From a virus (taxonomy: Duplodnaviria > Caudoviricetes), in IMG/VR virus record IMGVR_UViG_2588253760_000001, positions 11,146 to 75,145 of that record: a stretch of DNA of 64,000 bases. One strand, given 5' to 3'. Below are positions 20,555 to 30,073 of this stretch, in pieces. A model generated the notes under the pieces. It ran no database searches, was not told the DNA's origin, and saw only the letters and a program-made list of their open reading frames with translations. Within the stretch, counting starts at the first letter, position 1. Each line of letters starts with the position of its first letter. The translations under genes were made by a program, and so were the position numbers.

Positions 20555-21715
20555 TTAACTTATTAGAGATATTATTCGACTATCTTTCCAACTTCTGTGC
20601 AAATGTCGATGTTCATGCCACTTCAGTACTCCCGGGTAAAATACTAAAATGTGCTTTTCTAATTCGTGTATTGAGTCTTTTTGCTCTGAATCTAATTCAC
20701 TTTCAAAATGAATATTGTGCTCTGCTAAAGCGTATTTTGTAATCTTTTGATCAGTATAGTTTTCTGCTTTATAAGCATGGGTAATGCTAAATCTTTCTAA
20801 AATTGGCTTGTGTTTTAGATTCCAATATTGCCCTGAAAGTTTATCGCTTCCCAATAGAAATTTATTTCCTTCTTCTTCTATGCTACTTACTGGAAAGCAC
20901 CCATTTATTTCTCCTAATTTCCAGCTATCTGACAGTACAATCTGTGCTTTGGCAAACTTTATTTCTGGTAATAAGCTCTGTGATAGAGGATATAGTGCTT
21001 TTAAGTTGTACCACTGATGACTTCTTTCATAAATGCCTTTGTAATCCTTTGTATGAGCCTCTGTTTCTCCAAGTACTGCTACATCTAGGCGATATATATC
21101 ATTGCTTAAAGCTCGTTCATAATGATCGCGTAGATAGTTTTCTATAATCCTAATAACTGGACCACTAGACCTGAAAAAATTTACTCTTCCAAATGATAAC
21201 ACTGGTCCATCTTTTTCTATTTTTACCCCTGAATAATCAGAAAGAAGATCTCCAAATAAACTCTCATCCAATATAAATCTCTGCTCATTATAATAATCGT
21301 TAAAAATCCTCATTAGCCGTGACCTTGCTGGTAGTGATAGTTTTGCCAATTCTACTACTGCATCCACAAAAAAGTTATTTGGAACATCCCTTATCCCTAT
21401 CTGCAGTTCAAAAAAATGTTTACCAGGTGGTTCTTCTATGATTGTAATATCTTCTATATTTGCCCATTTTAGTGCTATTTTGAGTGATGCTGGGGTTCCA
21501 CGTAGTCTTTGAAATTTTACTCCTTCTACTACGGCTTTTCTTCTATCTTTTACCCAACGCAGTATCTCTTCTAAACCATATTCTTCTATTATCCACGGCA
21601 ATGTTTCTTCTTTAAGACTAAATTTAAATCTCCTGATGCAACTTGGATCAACTTTGTAATCGATTGCATCAACCAATGCTTGCTCTTGCTTTGTCGCGTT
21701 TGGGGGTAATAGCAT
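20555..21715 (-). CDS. P2 gpI-like phage tail protein (intact copy)
   Basis: LLPPNAT start, LPWI, QRLRGTPASLK; WO tail I pattern; longest of three copies. Confidence 0.85.
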   Translation of the reverse strand: MLLPPNATKQEQALVDAIDYKVDPSCIRRFKFSLKEETLPWIIEEYGLEEILRWVKDRRKAVVEGVKFQRLRGTPASLKIALKWANIEDITIIEEPPGKHFFELQIGIRDVPNNFFVDAVVELAKLSLPARSRLMRIFNDYYNEQRFILDESLFGDLLSDYSGVKIEKDGPVLSFGRVNFFRSSGPVIRIIENYLRDHYERALSNDIYRLDVAVLGETEAHTKDYKGIYERSHQWYNLKALYPLSQSLLPEIKFAKAQIVLSDSWKLGEINGCFPVSSIEEEGNKFLLGSDKLSGQYWNLKHKPILERFSITHAYKAENYTDQKITKYALAEHNIHFESELDSEQKDSIHELEKHILVFYPGVLKWHEHRHLHRSWKDSRIISLIS

Positions 21716-21836
21716 TACTTTTTGTTAAAATCCTTGGTGAAATTATATCTTCTGGTATTGGCGATTGATCACTTAAATATTCCTTTACGCTATAAAAAGG
21801 GATTTTTTGACCGATGTTGAAAAAGCTTTGTTCCAT
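21716..21836 (-). pseudogene. N-terminal stub of a RepA-like/AAA_25 gene, joined by deletion to the gpI start
   Basis: MEQSFF...YLSDQSPIPEDIISPRILT resembles YLNDKSPMPEDIIAPRVLT in RepA; GGAG RBS. Confidence 0.75.
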
Positions 21837-21852
21837 ATTACTCCTTTTAAAA

Positions 21853-22662
21853 TTAGGCAACAGAAGCCAAGGTTTTGGCTTTAATTTTCGCAAATAATCT
21901 ACCAAGATGCGGTTCTTCAACCATATCAAGGCAGCCACTGCGATCTTTAGCAGGGTATCCCCAAGTATTAATAGTCTGACAGACAAATGAGCGAACCTCT
22001 GTGCCATCATCTTTCTTGATTCCAACCATGCTAATTACTTCATCAACTATCCCTGGAATCTCACTAGCAGTTTTTGCTCCTTCACATTGAGGCAGCCATG
22101 TTGGACGGTTGCTGTCATCAAGATATTGACCTAATGTGCCAACTATGATGATGTCTTTATCTCTGATATGTTGAAATTGATTGAGCCAAGCCATCATCTC
22201 TTGAGCAAGTAATCCATAGGCAGCTCTTTTATCTTCTCTTCCTGATCTATCTGAAAAAGCTTCAGGTTGCATCCTTGCCCATGAAAGACATAAACGTGAT
22301 GCAACAGTTATGCTATCAATAAAAATAGAGCGGTATTTAGAAACCTCAGAAAGAAGATCTTTATACTTGCCAGATACATGTTCATAGTGCTTTTGACTAT
22401 ATGCTTGGTCAGATTTTAACGCAGGATTAGGACCACCTATGAGACATGCGATATCTCTTGCCTCATTCCAAGTACGAATACTTACAGAATCCCCTTGCCA
22501 ATCTTGAACAGCTAAAAGTCCTGCTTCAAAATCGAGACAAAGTGTTGTTGATTCATCGAGGGTTTTAAGTAGGCTAGTCTTGCCAATTCCATAAGGTCCA
22601 AAGATTACTATCTTCACACCTGTGACAATTTTCGCTCTTTCTTTGCTGTTTATTATTTTCAT
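21853..22662 (-). CDS. Phage ATP-binding protein (AAA_24/Sak4-like)
   Basis: GPYGIGKT, LDFEAG, IFIDSIT, AKDRSG. Confidence 0.85.
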   Translation of the reverse strand: MKIINSKERAKIVTGVKIVIFGPYGIGKTSLLKTLDESTTLCLDFEAGLLAVQDWQGDSVSIRTWNEARDIACLIGGPNPALKSDQAYSQKHYEHVSGKYKDLLSEVSKYRSIFIDSITVASRLCLSWARMQPEAFSDRSGREDKRAAYGLLAQEMMAWLNQFQHIRDKDIIIVGTLGQYLDDSNRPTWLPQCEGAKTASEIPGIVDEVISMVGIKKDDGTEVRSFVCQTINTWGYPAKDRSGCLDMVEEPHLGRLFAKIKAKTLASVA

Positions 22663-22679
22663 ATTTTCCCTCCTTATAG

Positions 22680-23180
22680 TTAGAAATCTCGTTTTAGGTA
22701 TGTTTTAAGGTGGGAAAACTCTTTGCGTAACTTGTTGATTGTGTCGTAGAGAGTTGATTTTGGTATACCAGTCCTTCTGGAAATTTCACAAATGCTGTGA
22801 TCTTCTGCCAATAGTTTACATATTTTTCTTAACTCTCGAGGTAACTTTGCAATTGCTTCATTTACGTCAATGCGTACTGCGGAGGTATATTCAAGACTTT
22901 CATCGCTCTCTTCGTATAAAGCTTCATCAACAAAATTAATGGTACGTTTTTTACATAGTTCTTTTTCTTTTAAATTGAGGGCACGGCATTTAACGTACTG
23001 TTTTATAAAATGCCCTTCAAGTTCATTAAGGCCAGGCAAACAGTCAAGTAAAAGATCTTGCTCAATATCTTCAATCTCTTTATAAGCAAAAGCTTTTCCT
23101 CTCTTCAGAAGTTTAGCATAGTGTCGTATGTGTTTAACAACTTTTGGGTTAATACCAGTATAGGAATTTTTAGAATGCAT
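22680..23180 (-). CDS. Phage sigma70/ECF-like factor
   Basis: EDIEQDLLL region 2; AIAKLP...SICEISRRTGIPKSTLYD region-4 HTH. Confidence 0.8.
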   Translation of the reverse strand: MHSKNSYTGINPKVVKHIRHYAKLLKRGKAFAYKEIEDIEQDLLLDCLPGLNELEGHFIKQYVKCRALNLKEKELCKKRTINFVDEALYEESDESLEYTSAVRIDVNEAIAKLPRELRKICKLLAEDHSICEISRRTGIPKSTLYDTINKLRKEFSHLKTYLKRDF

Positions 23181-23214
23181 ATTTTCTCCCTCTAATTAAG
23201 AAATGATTAAAGTG

Positions 23215-25273
23215 TTAATTGTGATAAACCCAAGTATTTGGATTTTCTACAGGAATTACGCTGCCATAGTGTGGTGACTTGTAGTGTGTGGGTAGTAATC
23301 TGTGATAGACTGTAACCTTTTTGTTCTTCTCTGGATCAAATATTTTTTGCCCAAATTCCATACCTTCAACGCAAAGTACTCCGTATTTGTTTCTTGCAGC
23401 GTTTTTGCCTTCTTTGTTGAATTTAACGTAGCCTTTGGTAGCAAGAACATCGAGACGATCACGAATAGAATGTGTACTGCCGAGACCTTCTTTATTTTCA
23501 AATGCCTGACAAAACTGATTAATTGTATAAGCATGACCCTTACGTCCTTCTGCACATATTAAGTCCAAGATGATGTCATATCTGCGAGAACGTTCGGCAT
23601 CTAGTTTTTCACCATAGTCTTTATTTATTAACCTTTGTGACTCAGCGTCAACTTCGTACCAATGACCATTAATTTTATCAACAAATTTTGGCATAACAGA
23701 ATTTCCATTACGTAACTCAAACATCAGTTGACGATAGCTGTTCTTCTCATCAGGCCTAAACATGATCATTCCAGTGGTATAGAATCCTCGTAAGCTGCTA
23801 GCGCCACTAAAACTTTGAAATGGATCTTCTTCTAATAGTTTCTTTTGCATTTTCTTTGTATGGTGCACAAGAATAACTCCAGCATCTGGATTGATTAGAG
23901 AACGCAGTTTTTCAACTCTCTCCTGGAGAAAGAAAATCATGGCATTATTATCATTTTCGTTACCGTATTCATCAGCATCAAAAACGTTACGCAATGGATC
24001 TACCGCTATGATATCGATGGTGTTTAGGTCAAAGTTTCTTTCTGCTTCAGTTACGATATCTTTAATGCTATTTTCATTTAAAAGCAGCTTAGTCTGTGGT
24101 GTAATAACTAAATTGTTTGCAGCAAGTTTAATAAGCTCTTCACTAAATTTCATCTGTTGCAGCCGTTCACGCATATAGTGGTAACCGATTTCAGTCTGAA
24201 GGTAGAAGATTCTTAAGGGCCTTTTTGGCACCATATCAAAAAAATGGAGTTCCAGATGCCATATGAAAAAGCCAAGAAATAAGAAAGTCACTTTTTCCCA
24301 CTTTAGGCGCACCAGCAAAAACTAAAAGACCACTGGGAGTTAAAACTCTAGGAGCAATTATGTCTTCTGGCATTGGTGATTTGTCATTTAGGTACTGCAA
24401 TACAGGAAATGAAGTAACGTTTTTTGTATATGGGAGAGAAACAGTTGAGGTTAAAAATCTTTTTACGTCTACTCCTTCTTTAATACAATCAGCAGCATCC
24501 CAAGCTTTTGGTTTATCTTGTGGAATTTTAAGAATAGAAAGCGATGCAACGCCTATATCTAAAAGCTTCTTTGCAACATTTTCAGCATATTTCTGACCTG
24601 AACTATCGTTGTCTGGCCATATGGTTATGTGTTTACCTTTGAGTGGAGCCCAATCTGTTTTATTTACAGGTGAATTTGCTCCAAACATCATTGTTGTGGC
24701 TGTTATGCCCTTACTGATTAAACTTTCAGCACATTTTTCACCTTCAACGAAAACAATTTTATCGGATTTAATTATACCTGGAACATTGTACAAAGGCCTT
24801 GGATCTGGAGCAGTACTACTTGAGTTTTTTACATCAAAACAGCTATATCGTTTTTTCCCTGAAGTGCTATCATAACGGTAAATTTTAGCTATTACTTGAT
24901 TATTTTCATCATGATAGTCCCAACATGCTATTAAATGTTCTGAAAATTCTTCTTTATGGTTTGTTGAGTGACCAAGCCATTTTTCTATATCTTCTATGGT
25001 ATCAAGAAACTTAGTCTGACTAGTAACATCCCACCAGAGATTAAGTATATCTCCGCCTTCACCAGTAGCAAAATCGTGCCATAATCCGGCTCTTTCTCCT
25101 CTTGTTTCTACTACTAAACTTTTCCCTTTATCTCCTCTAATATTACCAACATAGAACTTACCACCGTGGAAAGTACCATTTGGTAATAAGTAGGATAAAG
25201 ATGATTCTATTCTTGAGAGTAGTTCTGCTTTTACTTCTGCTGCTCTTTCAAATAAAGCTTGCTTGTCATGCAT
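23215..25273 (-). pseudogene. repA: RepA primase-helicase (TOPRIM plus AAA_25) split by +1 frameshift in an A7 run at 24238-24244
   Basis: FVEGEKCA, WPDND, GAPKVGKS, IAVDPL, LVHHTKK; removing one base restores GTPFFDMVPKRPL. Confidence 0.88.
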
Positions 25274-27353
25274 ATTGTTTTCTCCTGTTAAAATAAGCTA
25301 TGTTTATTGACAAAATGTCTCTGCTACATAGCTCATGATGATGTTCTTAAAGGCTGGTAATTTAAAATACAGTCATAAATGGGTAGAGAGATGTCTCTGT
25401 ACCTTTTACTATAGTAATACCGGATTTCTCATAGGTTTTTCCGGAAGAGTGGAGAAATTTTTTTCAAGCATAAGTTGACACTGTCCATATTTACCCCAAA
25501 TATTTACAATTCAGAAGACCAGGTCTGCTAGGTCTTACTATAGTAAGTTCAACAAAATTACAAAAACTGTTCACTTTTTAGAAAATTTTGCACAACTCCG
25601 TTCTCTTATCTTTCATATGCCCCTGTAGTATATATACACGTTCAATTTCAAATTCGTCCGAAAAACTACAAAAATATATAGGCAACACTAAAAACCTCAA
25701 AGTTCTCTTCTGTAGAGGTAAATGGTGGTATTGAAAATTTAACTCTGCTCTCAACTTACACTCCTCAAAAAAATTACAAAATTTAATTTCATTTTAACTT
25801 TAAACAAAAAGGCCGCCTATAAGTTGCGTCTGCATTATGTTGCAAAATATACTATACTTTGCTTATGAGAATAACCAAATAAGCCATCCTTTCTTCTCCT
25901 CCATAACAGATATATACTGTAAATGTGGTTTGAAATATGATTTGCTCTAAAATTTTTTTCATTACGATTTTGCTATTAAACTTTAATAGAGCTTAACGTG
26001 TTTACAATATACTCAGGGGAGAGTCTATAAGAAGTAGCCACAAAACGCTATATTGGTAAAGGTATTCATAATAATTATTTGTGAATTAAGTACTTTAGAT
26101 TCGAGATTACATAGATTTTTGGCAGTTTAAGCCATTTTAGATTGGAAAATGAAATCTCCTAAAAGGAAAAAACCCGCCTATATTAAAGGGTTAAGAGTAA
26201 TTTAAGTTTGAAATTCAAAAAAACTTCTTAATTGCTTTAAAAGCTAGGATTATAGCGGGTTTTTGAGTGTAGCCCAGTTTCAGGTAAAACCTTATATATT
26301 ATATATATAATAAATAATAATATATAATAATAGAACATATAGGATATGTACCTTTCATAATACCTACCTAAATATTATTAACGCGCTTAAGTGTTTAATT
26401 TATTACTTTTTTAATTTTTAAATAACAAGTTAAGCAAAAAAAAACATGAACTGTAATAAGTTTATTATAATATAAACCTTAAGAGAAGTTCCGCGGTGCT
26501 CAACTGAAATGGTTTTCAAAAAGGCTAATATACCGTCCATTTAAATTTTTAACCGAAATATAAAAGTCATTTAAAAAATAAACTCAAGTGGCAACTAACC
26601 GGTTTTTTAAAGTCACCTATAACCTACTCTAACTACTTACGCATACAGGTGGACCAGCTGCATTTCATGATATTAGTAGACATAAACCTAGTTATTGTAA
26701 GATAGTCAAAGGCATCACTCAAAGGAAGATAAATGTGTGGCCTATTCTTCAAAGTAAGGTTTTAAGGAATAAGAAGCTGTTCTTAGTTTTGTGATTTCCA
26801 GTAAAATTGAAAAATTAGGAACAAAAACATACTATACTTAACTCACTGAATTTCTATGCTTTTAGCCACTTAGTGTATTACTTTTCTATTTTCAAAAGAC
26901 TTAATGAATCAGATCGCCCTAAATAAAAATACAACACAGAGACAAAAATATGAAAAACCTGCTATTGCATTTTGGATAACCTAAAAAAAGATGAAAGACA
27001 AATGCTTACAAAAAACAAGATGGCTAATAATATCGTTTTAAAAAGATTCTACGACTCCAGGGTACAATTATACTACTAAGACCTAAGTTACTTATGTAAG
27101 GTAGCTTAAAACTCGATTATGAGGCATTTCTAAATTATCCTTTACCTTAAACTTTTACTTACTACAAAAAGCCTCACTTTATTTTATCATGTTTTTTATT
27201 TGTTGTAAAATATTTTTTCAAAAAAGTGAACAGCTTTTGTAATTTAGGTAAATATATATAACAAGAGCTGGTTATAAAGATTTATGTTTTCACTAGGGTG
27301 GTTCACCCCTTGAAATTAAAACAAAAGCAAGATGTCAAACACAGATAGCTCAA
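25274..27353. promoter_or_regulatory. ~2-kb noncoding control region / candidate phage origin upstream of repA
   Basis: No ORF of 60 aa or more; repeated motifs, palindromes and an A/T-only tract at about 26292-26331. Confidence 0.55.
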
Positions 27354-28373
27354 CTACAAGCTGGTTTTTGTTGTAGTTATTTTCTCACTTTCTTTACTTG
27401 CTTTAATCAATTCATCAAAGTCAGATTCATGTAATTTATCTTGTATAACTCTGTACTTTTCGTATTCTCCTTCAGCTAGAGCTTTTGCAACTTCAGCACT
27501 AACTTTACCAGCATCTTTAAGTACTTCATAATCATTGAACAATAGAAATGCATCCAACTTTTCAACCCAATTCTGCATTTTCATTAGCCGATGCTTTCTT
27601 GCTTGAAGTTCTGCATAATCTAGATACATCGAAACAATATGATTTAGTTCACTCAACTCTTCCTTAGTCAAATAGTTTTTCGCAGTACTGACATCACTCT
27701 TATGAATTTTGTTACCTGGACCATCTTTCCATGTAGTTAGCCCCATATGCAGCTTTTTGTGGTCAGCTCGTGAACATATCAACTCTGCTGCAGTTAAGCC
27801 ATAAATTGCCCAATATAATTTATTTTGTACTTTTGCGTAAAACTGTTTTGTTATTTCTGAATTTGGATCATAGTCTGCAGAGCATTCAGCATAAATGTCG
27901 GTAATCTTCTGGTAAAACCTACGTTCGGATGCTCGTATTTCCCTGATTTTTTCAAGTAATTCATTGAAGTAGTCTTTGCCAAACTTTGGGCCGTTTTTTA
28001 GCCGTTCGCTATCTAATGCAAATCCTTTGATGATAAAATCTCTCAAAATTTTTGTAGCCCATACTCTGAAAGATGTAGCCTTTTTAGAATTAACTCGATA
28101 ACCAACAGCTATGATTGTATCTACATTGTAAAATTGCGTCGGGTAATTTTTACCATCTGCAGCAGTGACATCAAAAGTGGAAATAACTTCTTTTTCCTGT
28201 AATTCACCAGACTCAAATATGTTTTTAATATGCTTACTAATAGCCGGCAACTGAACATCAAACAATTCAGCCATCTTTTTCTGTGTAAGCCAAAGATTTT
28301 CATTTCTGCATAAAACTTCAATTTCTATATTTCCACCTGGAGTAGTATAAAATATGATCTTACTTTCATCCAT
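27354..28373 (-). CDS. rhuM: RhuM-family protein
   Basis: LWLTQKKMAELF, AISKHIKNIF, IIAVGYRVNS, IREIRASERRFYQKITD, AKNYL. Confidence 0.9.
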   Translation of the reverse strand: MDESKIIFYTTPGGNIEIEVLCRNENLWLTQKKMAELFDVQLPAISKHIKNIFESGELQEKEVISTFDVTAADGKNYPTQFYNVDTIIAVGYRVNSKKATSFRVWATKILRDFIIKGFALDSERLKNGPKFGKDYFNELLEKIREIRASERRFYQKITDIYAECSADYDPNSEITKQFYAKVQNKLYWAIYGLTAAELICSRADHKKLHMGLTTWKDGPGNKIHKSDVSTAKNYLTKEELSELNHIVSMYLDYAELQARKHRLMKMQNWVEKLDAFLLFNDYEVLKDAGKVSAEVAKALAEGEYEKYRVIQDKLHESDFDELIKASKESEKITTTKTSL

Positions 28374-28841
28374 TACCTACCTCCACTTTATAAGTAAACT
28401 GTTGCTGAAGAAACATATGTGAGCCACTTTTAATAAAGGTAAAGTTCTATATAGCACTTGTAGGAAAGAGCTGCTTTTCATTATAACCAATTAACTGCCT
28501 CTACTGCAACTTAATTCTTTAAAATATTTTAAAGGGCTATTATAGCGTTATCTCTGATTTAGATAGGGGAGACGATATGTTTTGCCAAAATCTCATGTAA
28601 TCTCTTCTAAACCCAAATAAACAGTTATTTCCAAAATGGAAACAACTCAAATAGCGAAGAAGCTGCTGTAAAAGATATAGCTGATTTTCAAAGCTCTTTA
28701 ATTCCTTAGCTGTCTTAAAATTATTTTAACTTTTTTTGAAAAAATCCCGGAAAAAGTAGTAAGAAATCCGGTATATATATAATAGAAGGGCATTGTTTCA
28801 ACGAGGTTAGTTTACCTCTACGCGCTTCAAACATAAAGAAA

Positions 28842-29255
28842 ATGTCAATCCTAACACTTGATCTCGGCAAACAAACGGGCTGGGCAATTCTTACAGATGG
28901 AGTAATTGAAAGTGGCAGTGAGAGTTTTCATACTAGTCGTTTTAGTGGAGGTGGCATGTGCTTCTTAAATTTTCGTAATTGGCTTAATTCTTTGAAAGAG
29001 ATTTCTGTAGTGTATTTTGAGGAAGTAAGAAGACATCTAGGAACTGATGCAGCGCATTGCTACGGTGGTTTTCTTGCCGTTCTATCTGCTTGGTGTGAAG
29101 AACATCATGTGCCGTACAAAGGTGTTAATGTTAAAACTATCAAACGCTTTATAGCTGGTAATGGTAACGCAAGTAAGAGTGAAGTTATTGAAGCGATACG
29201 TGAAAAAGGTTTTTTACCTAGAGATGATAATGAGGCCGGTTTCTCGATGATTTAG
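28842..29255 (+). pseudogene. RuvC-like Holliday junction resolvase, C-terminus lost at about 29236
   Basis: ILTLDLGKQTGWA, VYFEEV, GNASK, DDNEA, then out-of-frame methylase sequence. Confidence 0.8.
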
Positions 29256-30073
29256 ATGGTGAAGAAGAAGATCTTTCTGACTTAGTTGTTGATGACAAAA
29301 AAGTAGAAATAACAAAACCAGCTGATCTATGGATTTTAGGTGATCATCGAATCTATTGTGGTGATAGCTCTGTAGTTGAATCATATAAAGCGCTGTTAGA
29401 TGATAAAATGGCAGACATTACTGTTTGTGATCCTCCATATAACGTTGATTATGGTAGCAGTCAAGAAAGAGAGGATAAAAAGATACTAAACGATAATCAA
29501 GGTGAAAAGTATGAGCTTTTTCTCTATGATATTTGTACTCATATTTTAGCATATACTAAAGGTGCAATTTACATCTGTGCATCATCATCAGAGTTTTCAA
29601 CGTTGCAAAAAGCATTTGAGGAAGCGGGAGGAAAATGGTCAACTTTTATCATTTGGGCGAAGAATCACTTTACGCTAGGAAGATCAGATTATCAAAGACA
29701 ATACGAAGCAATGCTTTATGGATGGAAAAGCGGCAATAAACGTGAGTGGCATGGCGGTAGAAATCAAAGTGATCTGTGGTTTTATGATAAGCCAATACAT
29801 AACTCACTGCACCCAACAATGAAGCCAGTAGAGCTAATGGAGAGAGCAATAGTAAACAGCAGCAGATCAGGAGACATAGTACTTGATCCATTTAGCGGTT
29901 CTGGAAGTACACTGATTGCATGTGAGAGAACAGGAAGAATTTGTAGGACAATAGAGCTAGATTCAAAATTTGTAGATGTAACCATAAAACGTTGGCAAGT
30001 GTACACAGGTAGGGAAGCAATTCTTTCTGGTGCTGGTAAAACTTTTTCAGAGATTCAAGAAGAAAAACAGTAA
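29237..30073 (+). pseudogene. WO DNA adenine methyltransferase lacking its N-terminus
   Basis: Frame open from about 29237 (DLWILGDHRIYCGDS), DPPY, HPTMKP, VLDPFSGSGST; native start absent, although ATG 29408 could give a short product. Confidence 0.85.

Noticed and set aside
28676-28689. 14-bp match (ATATAGCTGATTTT) to the reverse complement of the conserved element core
   Set aside because: Short, AT-rich and does not extend; likely chance.
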